DNA of 64,000 bases, taken from NCBI RefSeq assembly GCF_003918875.1, contig NW_025766968.1:4092001-4156000 (forward strand), given 5' to 3'. Position numbers and translations under genes: made by a program. Under the pieces are notes generated by a model. The model was not told where the DNA came from and searched no databases. It saw nothing but the letters and a program-made list of their open reading frames with translations. Source of the stretch: Haliotis rubra. Lineage: Eukaryota. Shown in pieces: positions 51,412-63,384 of the stretch (its first letter is position 1; each line of letters begins with the position of its first letter).

Positions 51412-51656
51412 GACTGAGTGAATTTAGTTTTACACTGAACTCAGCAATATTCCAGCTATATGCCGCCGTTCTGTAAATAATCCAGTCTGGACCATACAAT
51501 CCAATGATCAATATCATGAGCATCGATCTACGCAACTGGGATACAATGACATGTGTCAACCAAGTCAGTGAGTCTGACCACCCAATCCCGTTAGTCGCCT
51601 CTTCTTACAACAAGCGTGGGTTACTGAAGACCAATTCTAATCCGGATCTTCACAGG
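51412..51656 (-). mobile_element. SINE-like family A
   Basis: Matches the family consensus. Confidence 0.9.
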
Positions 51657-51890
51657 TTCAACCTTTATATGATGATTATACTGATCCATGACTGAATAAA
51701 TGATTATGATGATTCATGTAATTCTGGATGTGTTTGATGTGTTTGTGACATACACTGAATTCTAATCCGGATCTTCACAGGTTCAACCTTTATATGATGA
51801 TTATACTGATCCATGACTGAATAAATGATTATGATGACTTATGTAATTCTGGATGTGTTTCCTGTGTTTGTGATATACACTGAATTCTAA
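51633..51890. repeat. 125-bp tandem duplication
   Basis: aattctaa starts at 51633, 51758 and 51883, bounding two near-identical units. Confidence 0.9.
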
Positions 51891-52669
51891 CAAACTCAAA
51901 TCCTGTATTTGATTTTCTTAAAATCTTAATTCAAGAGGTATTTAAAAACATGACCTAAATAAAAACGAACTTGGATTTAAATTAAATATAAAAATATCCT
52001 TTTTTAAGCTGACAGTTTTGTCAGACTGAGACTATAACCTCACAATCTTTTTTGTTAAAATCCTATTTTTCCCATGTCTCATGATCCATTATGATTAAAT
52101 GTTGCCAACACATAAACAGTTCCTAACTGCACTATTACATGGCGGAATAGCATGATAGTCGTGAACATGACAGAATAAAATATTTCAAGCATAATAACCC
52201 AAACCAAAACTGTCACTTACCCATAATAGGCGAAAATCTCTTGGGTCACATTTCTTGGAGGGGATAATAGTCTCGTGGAGTGGAGAGCGTTATTGTCGAA
52301 TCAGCAGTTTTTATTGTATAATCATGCTGTGAGCTTTATAGAATCATAACTCAGACACTCTTTGGACACATGGGATAACCGCCAAAGTTATAGGTGTCAT
52401 GGAAATTTGCCAAAGGCATTACCACCTCTTCATTAGAAAAGTTTTGTGGAAATAGCATCTTTAGTTTAACAGATCCCACTGAACTGACCTTTGCAACAAA
52501 TCATGGATTGTCTAACAACTCATCTGGTGTCTTGTGCTGAGACTTTGACTATAGAGACAATGGCTTTGTTTTCGGTTAATGTGATGATTTATAAGATAAT
52601 TCTAATCATATAAATTTTAAATTATAAATTCCTAGGTAATGTTTGTATTACTGCACAGAAGTCATTGCA

Positions 52670-53100
52670 AATCAGTGACTTGGTGATGAAGCCATCACAA
52701 GATGGTCACACCAATGGTGATTCAGGTGATGAACCCAGATGAAAATGTCAACACAAAGTGATGACATAGTGGTGATGCAAGTGATGAAACAGCAATAGTT
52801 GAGAAGGCAGTAAGACAAGTGATGACATCAATAATGACACAAGTTATGGCACCAATGATGAAACAGACAGTAAGACAAGTGATGACATCGATGATGATAC
52901 AAGTGATGGCACAATGATGAAACAGACAGTAAGACAAGTGATGACATCAATTATGACACAAGTGATGGCACCAATGATGAAACAGGCAGTATCACAAGTG
53001 ATGAGATCATTGATGACACAGGTGATGACACAATGATGAGCAGTAACACAAGTCATGACATCAATGATGACATAGGTGATGACACCAATGACGACATCAA
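52670..53100. repeat. ~58-bp diverged tandem repeat
   Basis: Units of cagtaagacaagtgatgacatcaat..gatgaaacag. Confidence 0.9.
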
Positions 53101-53844
53101 ATATAAGCTATTTTTTGGCTAACTAGGCACAGACTACATAATCAGATCATTTTTAGATCTCTCATACACCTACACAGGATGATGTATGTAACATCTGCAC
53201 TTCATTATCAAATCACATATGTGATATAGGTAAGTTATGATCAAATGATTAGTAGCTCTGGACAAAGTTTTCAAGACAGTGTGGTGTAGTTTAACAAAGT
53301 AATCCCACCATTACCGATATTATTACTCCAGTACATCTACATTAACATTGGCTTCTGGCAATCGTATCTGTAAGATCACTGTGCAGAGTGGAATCTGGTC
53401 TTGAAACATCAGGTATAGTTAATGATAATAGTTTTTTGTCAGAATGGCATAAAAAAAATGAAACCTGAAGAAATGCATAAAGGTCTGGAACACAAATCAA
53501 ATCACCTCCATAAACAGAAGACAGTCGAAGCAGTACTTAATCTGTAAACTAAGGCAGCCATATTTTTGTTCCTGGTTCAAACCAAGCAATTTGAACTAAC
53601 AAGATCAGTTTTTGCCTATTGCCAGGGGAAGAGTGATCAGATGCAATTTATCACATTTCTGTCACCAAGACCAGCATCATAAGGTCACTGTCCTCCTGGC
53701 ATCAACCAAACACTTGGGAGGAGTATCAGTGTTCACAATGGAACACACATCCACTATTTTTCTAGATGAAATATTAGACAGTACTGATCAGATGACTTTG
53801 TGGTACTTAGCCTTAGATTTTTGTGTCAGATTTAGGAAAGGTAT

Positions 53845-54366
53845 GACCAGACAATCAAGTGATCGACAGCATGAGCATCGATCTACGCAACTGGGATATG
53901 ATGACATGTGTCAACCAAGTCAGTGAGCCTGACCACCCAATCCCGTTATTCGCCTCTTACCTCTAATAATAATGATAATGTGTCCATTTATATAGCGCCG
54001 AACTCCACACTAGGTATGCTCATAGCGCTAACAATCAAGGTACAGCACATTATTACCCCGGATAACCCAAGCTGCCTGTTAGGCGCTAGATGGTTATAGT
54101 CATATGACTTTTTCCACCGGGTACCCATTTTCCTGCTTGGTGAACAGAGACAATTTTGAACAAGCTCACTTGCCTAAGGTGCTTCGTTGTGGGGCAGGAC
54201 TCAAGTCCTAGAAGCCCTCAGGAGTCAAGCTGCCAAACACGGTCACCCATCCAAGGACTCTCCGAGTTCGACGCTGCTTAACTTCACCGATTTGTGACCT
54301 GAGCTTTGAGCACAGGACCACACGCCGCCACCTCTGACAAGGATGGGTTACTGAATCTTCACGGGT
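53845..54366 (-). mobile_element. SINE-like family A split by a younger insertion
   Basis: cgcctcttac (to 53960) resumes as gacaag at 54336. Confidence 0.85.
53965..54329 (-). mobile_element. 5S rRNA-derived SINE with CORE-like domain
   Basis: Minus strand gaagttaagcagcgtcg..agtccttggatgggtgaccg resembles the 5S internal promoter. ccttaggcaagt..aaaatgggtac resembles CORE. gcgctatataaat(TTA)n tail. TSD acctct. Confidence 0.75.
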
Positions 54367-57300
54367 CTAGGTATCGTTACAACAGCTGCTTGTTTTATGT
54401 CACACTCATACCTTCCATATTGCATCCGATTGCCCTGATGGTCTCAACACTGCATGTTCTATACAGAGTTGCCTCTCTTACTCAAGCCAGGATGCACAGA
54501 CCGTGTACTGTTAAAGACATCGATGGCCAAAGCTTCATTTTACTTTGAAGAGTTACCCCTCTTAGTCATTTCAGGATCCACAATCTGCACTGAAAGTGTG
54601 TTCTTCTCCCACGTAATGATTCTCAGCTTGTCAGAAACTATGCCGATGATTATTTCACAAAATGATAAAAGTCTTCTTTGGTTTTTGCCCACATCAAGCA
54701 AACACATTTCGATTTATCTAAATGCTGCTCAAATAACAGCCATAAACCACCATTATTGACTCATTTTCCTTTCTTTTCTTTCTTCTTGTATCTGCTGAGT
54801 ATCATACAATAGGCTTATTATTCTTGTAATATGCCACTTGTCTGTAGTTCCTTCAGAATGACAGATAATCAGCACATAAAATAACAGGACAGACAGCTCG
54901 CTATCCTGCTATTTACTCAAGTGATTCACAGATATACACCAAATTGTTGAAAACCTTTGCAAAAGCAGCATATGAAATTCATTTGTTTTTGCCACTTGTC
55001 TTTTACCTTTCAATGTGAGTGTATGAAGCAATATATGGAGCAGGTTTGAAAAAATGCATTTGTCATATGCTCTTGCTTAACCAAATGAATTTCAGAGTTT
55101 TAGAACCAGGGGATTTTACCTTGTGGCTGATGAACAGACAGCTGGTGACGTGCATTTGTGACAGATCTTCCTGCCTGGAGTTTCTCATGACCGAATCCAA
55201 GTTTTTGTCCTCTGTGTGGAAACTCTTTGAGCATCTGGTTGTCTTCAGGTTCAATTATCAAAATAGCAGGAAACGATATGTGACAATTTCATATGAATAG
55301 ATCTGTGTCATTTCTTCAGACACATTTATTTCTTTGGTTCGAAGGTAAACCTACTCTGACACAGGACACAAGCAATAGGTTTCACACAGTGTACCAACAT
55401 GGGGAATGAAACATGGACTCCAGTGAGACAAGTAAACACCTTAACCACTATGCTATCCAAACACACATTTACAGAGACAGACTAATTTGAACTTATCATT
55501 TCCATAAGGATCCTGTGATGAAGGTGTGGGCAGGAATGTTTTTATAGCACTTGTTTGTGTTATTTTCTCAGTTATATGTACTTTGTTATTTGAAATCATT
55601 TGATTTTTAAACGTAAAAATCGTCTAAATTGTGAATGACAGAATCATCCCTTTATTCATAGATAATTGTTTTATCCCATGGAGTGGTGGAATAGCCAAGT
55701 GGACAAGTGTTTGTTTGTTACACCTCAGGACCTGGTTTGATTCCCACATGGGTAACAGACATGAAGCCATTTCTTGTACCCCTCCCCTCTATTTTGCCAT
55801 GAGACCATCCAGTTTTTCAAAATTCTCATCTGTAACTTCAACTACCAAGGGAGCTGGTGGGCAGAATAAAGGATAAAAGAAATAAAAATGATTTCCACCA
55901 ATTCTGCAACTTGTTTCATGAAATTATAAATTTTAGTCACTTGATAGTAGTCTTTGAATTAATTTATGACGTGTATTGATGAAGGAAAACAGAGTTGACC
56001 TTTTTCTGTATGTGTGTACAAGGGTAAGAGCACTATTTATCACATCAGCTCTAAAATTTCCACAGCTGCAGGGTAAAATGAGATACAAAACTTTTTATCA
56101 TTTCACATCGAAACAAAAAGGCATGTGGGTGGGAGATGGGAAGCACGGAAAGAAATACTGACAGCCTGATATTGATGCTGTTTTCCTAAAAAAAAGGACA
56201 TAAAATATACTAACTTATTGTTTGCCATATATTGATTGTGAAAGATGACTTCGGTAGCTTGAGACTCATCGCAGTAACTACTTCAATAGCATTTCTTCAT
56301 TTCAGTTTTGTTGCTCTTACTGCAAAGTTGGATCGTCAAGTATTCAAGGCAACTACTTATATTCATGTGCAAAGTCTACAAATACGGACGCCTTTTGTCG
56401 CTTATATTTGCAAAGTCATCAAACGTGGACAGTTCAGTCATTTTCTAATCAATACATGTGATTTCTTCAATAGGCCTGAATAAGCAGAGGGGTTATTCAC
56501 TCACTTTATTCACTTGGACACTTGTTAGAAGGAAACTCACAGCTTGGACTGTCAGTTTTTGTTGCAGCAGATTTCATTTAGTAATGCTGGGATCTATCCG
56601 TGGATGAATACATGAAGTGTCAGGGCTGATGATCATCATGTGCCCAGTCAATTAACGGAGTACCACAGGTTTAGTCCAAGTCTCTCTATCACTTGTTTGT
56701 ATCCCACCCCATCGGACATGTCCAGAACGGATAGTCCCAGATTTCAATGTCTAGACTCTCTTTCATTAGATTACGCCAGCTAGCAGCTTGGATAATCTCT
56801 GGCTATCGTTACAACCTTTTCTTGGCAAATTGTTTGATCAATGATTTTCAGCATTATGAAACATATACCAGCAAATTAACATGACCAGCATGAAATATTG
56901 ATTTCGAAAAGGTACTCTAGGCAAAAAGGTGTAATGTAATATTGACTGTCACGGTCGCATGTAGTGAGTCTGCCAGTCAAGATGGAAGAAATGTTCAAAG
57001 GTCTGAAACAATTTCATGGTGGCAATGGCATAAATCGTTGAAGTCATTTTGATGATATAATGAGATTAGCTTGTACTCCCTGTCAAGAATGTTGTAAATA
57101 TCATGACTATCCCTATATTTTGAAGTTCTGATGATATCACCTCTTGATGTAATAATAATAATCTGAGTGATTGACTTGCGCCCGTGACAGTGCTCTTTAT
57201 ATCTCCTTCAAGACCAAGAGACATCCAGACACTTGACCACCTTGAATGGAACTCAATCTATCTCCCCGTGGAACTAGTTATGAGATATCGCATCTAATGA

Positions 57301-57394
57301 ACTTGTAATCTTTACAAGGTGAGGTGATGACACCAATATGTGAAGATGCAGATGATTAAAGATGAATCGCTGGTCTGATCAGCATCATGTAATG

Positions 57395-57790
57395 GACTGG
57401 TCGTTTATCATAGCGGACAGAGGCCAGTGAGATTAAGGAAGGCCAGTGAGATTAAGTTCAGATTCATGAAAAAGTAAGATTGCAAAAGAATTGTAGAGTG
57501 GGCACTATATTTATCACAGCTATAAGGGGGTCTTGTCTCTGGACCTACTTTTCTTTAAATAAATATTTTTTAAATTTGAAAAAATATGAATGACTGGTCA
57601 TTTATCATAGCAGAGGGAGGATGGGATTAAGTAAGGGGTCATTAAAAAATGACACTGCAAAAATATAGGCACCATTTTTATAGTTTTTTACAGTTTCTTT
57701 CCAATACTTTTCTTTTATTAATTATAAAAAATAATTGAATGACTGGTAATTTATTATAGGGGAGGGAGGAAGGAGGTCATGAAAAAGTGA
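57395..57790. repeat. Diverged direct repeat, three related starts
   Basis: gactggt(c/a)..tttat(c/t)atag at ~57395, ~57592 and ~57741. Confidence 0.65.
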
Positions 57791-57813
57791 TGCATGTATT
57801 TGGGGTGATATGA

Positions 57814-58052
57814 GTGAGTGAGTGAGTTTAGTTTTACTCAGTAATATTCCAGCTGTAAGGCAGCAGTCTGTAAATAATCGAGTCTGGACCAGACAATCCA
57901 GTGATCAACAGCATGAGCATCGTTTTGCGCAACTGGGAACCGATGACATGTGTCAACCAAATCAGCGAGTCTGACCAACCGATCCTGTTAGTCGCCTCTT
58001 ACGACAAGCATGGGTTACTGAAGGTACATTCTAACCCGGACCTTCATGGGTA
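57814..58052 (-). mobile_element. SINE-like family A
   Basis: 13-bp TSD tggggtgatatga at 57801-57813 and 58053-58065. Confidence 0.92.
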
Positions 58053-59024
58053 TGGGGTGATATGAAATGACATTACATGGATGGTTAAGAAGGGGGTTAT
58101 GGCAAAATGTGATACAGTCAGTAGACCAATGTCACCGGCTGTAATGAGACTTTCATGCCCCCTCAATACTTTCAAGGTGTATGTATTAAACATGCTGCCA
58201 GCTGACTGGGTACCGTCAGCCATCTCAGAAGGATCGATGTTGCTACTCTGTGAAGATCAGTAGGAAGAAGCAATACTTATCACTTGATACACAAGCGAGT
58301 TCCATTTGTTCTGACAATGGACATGTTTTTAGTCTCTTTTTCTTTTAGCTTTTGGCACTTCTTAATGGAAACAATATACAAAGATAAAAAGCCATAGCAA
58401 TCTGCAAACCATGCAATTAAGTAGTAATGAAGTAAAAACGATGCAACAATGGTTGTTGTCATAGAAACACAAAAAAATATTTTTAAAAAGTCTAAATTCC
58501 TTAATTGCAAAAAAACACAAGTGCATGACTGGACTGATATTTCTACAAAATTGTATCAAGTAATATTGACAATGTTTGAGTTAAGCTCTGGTAATAAACA
58601 CTGCCCTCATTTGAACCGAAGTCCATTCTGTCCTAATGGTATCGAGAAAAAATAAATTCAAATTTTCTACATAGCAAAAGTCAAACGGTCATTGCGAAAC
58701 TGATATCATCAAAGTTAGGACTAGAAATATTGAACTATTGCACAGCACACTGTCCCTCGGGTTCCCAGATCATGGCAGGCAACAATAATTGATCAAATGC
58801 ATTGTATAGTCTCTGGACACAGCTAACTCCACAAGAGAATTCAGCCTTGTCTGTGTAGGGGGGACACATCTACACATTACTGCTGAACACCCTGCACCGC
58901 AGTCGAATATTATATCATGTAACTGATCAATCCATACAACTCTATGTTTACTTAGATAAATTATTAAACTAAACAAATATATTTCTATTTTATTGGTAAA
59001 CCATAAAATGAAAATTCCACGTAA

Positions 59025-59348
59025 GGGCAGACCAATTTTATTTCTTGTTTTACGGATCCTCCAGTCATATTTTGTCAAGAATAAGAAATATAATAAAATT
59101 AATTTTCCCTGCTCAAAAAAGAAATCCTAACGTTTTTATTGGCCAAAAATGTAAACTTACCCCCAAAATTTGTTTGATTTTTTTTTTGCCCCATATGCGC
59201 TTCATAAATTGCCAAAAGTAAAACACTTTTAGTATTTAAAAGGAATATTACTTTGACTGGTGATTAATATTTTCATTTCTTTTCCCTCCTGCCTTTAGGT
59301 TTTCTGGGGACAAAAATCTGTAAAACAAGAAATAAAATTGGTCTGGCC
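59025..59348. mobile_element. MITE with ~33-bp TIRs (PIF/Harbinger-like TAA flanks)
   Basis: taa|gggcagaccaattttatttcttgttttacggat ... atctgtaaaacaagaaataaaattggtctggcc|taa, 2 mismatches. Confidence 0.88.
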
Positions 59349-60242
59349 TAAATACAGACATGCAGTAATTCTACAGCACCATACATCTTCTGCATCCAAG
59401 ATGTGCAGCAGCAGATTTCCATTTGCCTAGGGATGGACTGAAGCATGTGTTTCTTGATGACGAAGATGGTAAAATATATGTCTGGACTGTCACAGACAAT
59501 AAACATATAAAGGGTGACTGAGGGATGTTAATGCTGCCATCTATGATGTTCCAGTCGTATCACATTGGCCATATATATGTGACAAAGGATATTCCATTAG
59601 CATGAAAGAAGGCCAAACATGATTCTCACTAGATCTTCAGCATTTGTTTATGAATTACTATCAAATAGTGATACATGTAAACCTAATTGTGTGCAAAAAT
59701 ATGAGAATGTTCTGCCCTGATAGTGACATCCATGCATGGTACAAGATTCTCACACAATGTGTGAAATATGCATTATATTGGAGAGTGTGTGTAAAATCTC
59801 ATAATCATCATCATCATCATGGTCAATCATGAAACAAGGAAAATTTGGTCCTAGGGTGAATCTCATGTCTCACAGCTTCTTATCTTTCACTCTCACTCAC
59901 TCACTCACTCACTCACTCACTCACACATTCACTCACTCACTCAGCATCAAAGATCCATGTCTATAGTATAGAGTAATTACATATAAGTTGCCATGTCATT
60001 ATAAAACTAAAATACTGCTGGTTAGTTCACTGATATGGTAAATCTTCCAAAATATATTTCTTATGAATATTCATCCATTTCCAAATCCAGTCACCCATTT
60101 CTAAATGTCAGTATAAATATATAATCAAAAACTATTGAAACATTAAAAACAGATTTGTTTTAGAAAAAGGCCTCCCAATATAAACATGCTTGAGGGTGGT
60201 TTGTTTTAGAACACTATGACTTTGAGACTAATTCTCCAGCCA

Positions 60243-61750
60243 TTACTTATTCTTTAAGAATAATACAGTTCCAATGAAAACACACACCACTTCAGCCATA
60301 AAATCAATCTTTAATAATCCCTTGGCTGTATATTTAGTTGAGCTGTAGCAATATCTCATTCCTGATTTATCTTGTACAATACCCGGAAAACAATTCAGCT
60401 GTCATCGTATATTTTGATAGGTTTCTAGAACCCTTAATTTGTGTCTGCCAATGTTCTTACTCTATAGTTACCAGACTATTTAGATTCTTCGGCACCAAGA
60501 ATAGCAGGACAAACCAAAAACAGTCAACACTGTAGTATTTCATTCCAATGTTGATTTTCTTTAAGTACCAATGGTCTCCAGTTTCCATCTCCAATTTAAC
60601 ACTTCCAGATAAGATTAGATTATTTCCTATTAAAGCTATCTGGTCATTGATGATAGAATATTAAAGTCAGGATAGCTTGGAAATGCCAAATCTTATAGAA
60701 AATTGCTTTAATGATAATATTGCATCTATATATCAAATCATCTATATTAAAAAATTGTAATAAGTAAACATTGCATCTATATATCAAATCATCTATATTA
60801 AATTGTAATAAGTAAACACATGGGGGGTTTCCCAGTGGTTGAAGCATTGTCATGCCGAAGGTCTGGCTTCAAATCCCAACATGGGTACAAAGTGTGAAGC
60901 CAATTTCTGGTGTCCCCCTCCATGATATTGCTGGAATATTGCTCACTCACTAAGTATCTAAAATACTTATGAAGAAAGTGGGTACAGTACCAGTAATCTC
61001 AAGTTCTTGTCCCTAGAATATTAGGGTAATCAAATGATTGTACATTTTCATCAATTCTGACCTGTAGTTTAGGAGGAAATATTTCACTTCAGACACTGGT
61101 TTCCACATCACTAATTTGGTCCTAAGCTTCCTCATCTAACAATGAAGTGCAGTTTTGATCCCATTTGCATGGACATCCGGGAGACAATCCTCTTCCAATA
61201 ATTCTCCCAAGTCTTGTAATATTTGCACTCTTCAGTGTAAAGCTATTACGTTATTGCCATGCCCAACAAGCTGATATTTACAGGCATGATATCACTGGTG
61301 TAAGAACCCTTATTATGTTGGTATACCTGACAAACACGTAGCTCTGTAGACAACTGAGATTAACTTGAAGCTTTTCATCCTCCAGGACTAACCATGCTTC
61401 TTTGTAGGCTCCACTTCTTCCTCTATTTCATAATTCATATATCATAACATGGCAATCTATAGATTGGATCAACTGAGTCGTTGCAAGTTTGCATTAGGAA
61501 ATGGTAAATTAAATGGTAGAATAACTCGGACGGAGGGTGTGAAATTGCTGTAATTTGATTGAAGAAGTGCAAGACCTGCTGCTGTTGTAATGGCTGGGTT
61601 GACGGTTGCTAGTCAGTGCCTGGTCTGTATGTCATCGATGGAACAAGGATGGACAATCTGGTTAAAAGTTGAGGGAACTTGCTGTCTCAGTGTTCATTAC
61701 ATGAAACAGCGTGCATGGTATATGCTAGATAAACATTGCATATTTCCCAT
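60243..61750 (-). pseudogene. GPC: Hantavirus-like GPC relic, unit K (contains SINE B at 60821-60950)
   Basis: QIVHPCSIDDIQT~QMVPESSCSMDNHQS; VSPG~FSPG; CLPDVH..TAL~CVPGFH..TAA; CPAILG~CPEFPG; TM VVCVFIGTVLFLKNK*. Confidence 0.75.
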
Positions 61751-62270
61751 CCATTACGGCAAAGGCACTGAGAGTCGATCGATGATTGTTATAAGGAAGT
61801 ATGAAAGTTGTGATGTTGGTTTTCGGTGTTAGAGATGAAAACTCTGAAACTACCAAATTTCATTTGAGACCGAGTTGAAAGGGGGACAGATTCTGGATGA
61901 AGTTTCCTGTTTAAGAAATTTATGAGAGTAAACTCGAGGTATTTAGAACAAAAATATTCATGTCTATATTAATGACAAATCTGCGTCAGCTTTATCTTAT
62001 TTAGGCAAGATACCAACTCAAGCATTGTCAGTGGCAGGATCAATGATGGGAGGCATTTCGGCATGAAATTTCAACACAGAAAGAGCATGGGAATACTGGC
62101 TGACTGAATCAATAGTTTCACCTGAGTTCATGCCAGCTCTGGCTCACAGTATTTCATGCACTTAGGAGACAAGAGTATTTTCTTTGATGAAGGCACACTA
62201 TACTTACATAAAGGTCCATATCATCATAAGATGATAAAAGAATTAGACCAAGTTACACTCATGAGAGAGA

Positions 62271-62421
62271 GGGTGCGGTGGGGTAGCCCAGTGGTTAAAG
62301 CATTTGCTCATTACGGTGAAGGCCCAGATTCAATTCCCAAGATGGGTACAATGTGTGAAGCCCATTTTTGGTGTCCCCTGCCATGATATTGCTGGAATAA
62401 AAACCCAACTCACTCACTCAC
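62271..62421 (+). mobile_element. SINE family B
   Basis: Matches the family consensus. Confidence 0.88.
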
Positions 62422-62549
62422 ATGAGCGAGAGATGCCAGCTTGAAGAGCAAGAAGATGGCTATAAGATGAAAGGCGTACTAAACTTTTGCAATATTCCCT
62501 AAATAATGGTAAGTAAATATTCACATGGAGTAATAGAGGTTACAATGCC

Positions 62550-62551
62550 TC

Positions 62552-62596
<45 letters not shown>

Positions 62597-62720
62597 GAGA
62601 CAGACAGAGAGAAAGAGAGACAGACAGAGAGAAAGAAGGAGAAAGAGAGACAGACAGACACAGTGAGAGAGACACAGACACAGACAGAGAAAGAGAGAGA
62701 ATGAGAGAGAGAGAAACAGA
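62550..62720. repeat. (GA)n/(GACA)n microsatellite
   Basis: Direct reading. Confidence 0.97.
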
Positions 62721-63384
62721 GAAATAAAAGATAGAGGGAATAGGAAAATGTTTTGACATTTTTCCTGGGTTGTATATTGCACTTCGAAATAAATTTTAAG
62801 TCAGCTGATAAGTGATAAATTAGATACCAGTATTTGAAATACAGAGTAAAACTAAATAAGTTAGCATGAGGACTCAGACTGCAGTTCCCTTGGGGAGGGG
62901 TGAGAGCTACCTCCTCCATACTAAGCCAGTGCATTGTGACAGACAGATTTACAACTACCATTCCATACATGTAGACAAGTCAGCCATCTCTACCTTCAGT
63001 CGGCCATTTCCTCCGTCCACAGACACCACACTCGACAGGCCAAGCAAGGGTCATACATATATCTCGTGGATTGATAGACGTTACCTTATAAAATCTAAAC
63101 CATGAAACACAATACAATCATACATGTATGAGGGATTATTGAAGCTGAGCACACCAAATGTATATTACTGTCTGGTTGTGTCGTCCATATTGCAGTTTGA
63201 GGCTTTGTTGCACATTACTGAAGATCAATTCTTCAAATGTTGGTCTTATGGGGGATTCGGTAGTGGAGTACGGGATTATATTTTATAGATCTGGGAGCAT
63301 ACAGACAGTACTTGATAGCTGATGTTTCCTGTGGTCGTGGGAGGGATGATCGGGGCTTAGTGCTGTTGGCGGCAGTATCATGGC

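Larger units (their letters stand above)
50220..53450 (-). pseudogene. GPC: Hantavirus-like GPC relic, unit J, interrupted by repeats
   Basis: CTGVII~CMTGVLI; CVQRV~VCQRV; YTI; FWFG~FCFG; SCS; TQLG~IQLG; ETSSI~QTSSI; SGKAGH~SGKGGH (~50326-50343). Confidence 0.78.
53480..54860 (-). pseudogene. N: Hantavirus-like nucleocapsid relic, unit J, with nested SINEs
   Basis: LRGRRT~TRGRQT; VHGL..A*VR~VCGL..AQIK; PPKCL~PPTCL; LGLNQEQK~MGIQLDQR. Confidence 0.75.
54900..60240 (-). pseudogene. L: Hantavirus-like L relic spanning N- to C-terminus, unit K
   Basis: AHLGCRR~AHSGLKR; AFDQLLL..W~AFEKALI..W; IQG; NCFRPLNISSIL~NWLQGNLNKCSSLF; SVLDMSDGVG~SIMELATAGIG; FIWLSKSI~FKWLSKSL (ORF 55063-55254). Confidence 0.78.
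61760..63110 (-). pseudogene. N: Hantavirus-like nucleocapsid relic, unit K
   Basis: YGMVV~YGNVL; TMHWLSM~TADWLSI (ORF 62521-62970); ITPCEY~ITPGRY (ORF 62499-62759); IDSVS~IESPS. Confidence 0.75.

Noticed and set aside
54240-54295. 5S rRNA gene
   Set aside because: Only a partial, diverged promoter region within a SINE.
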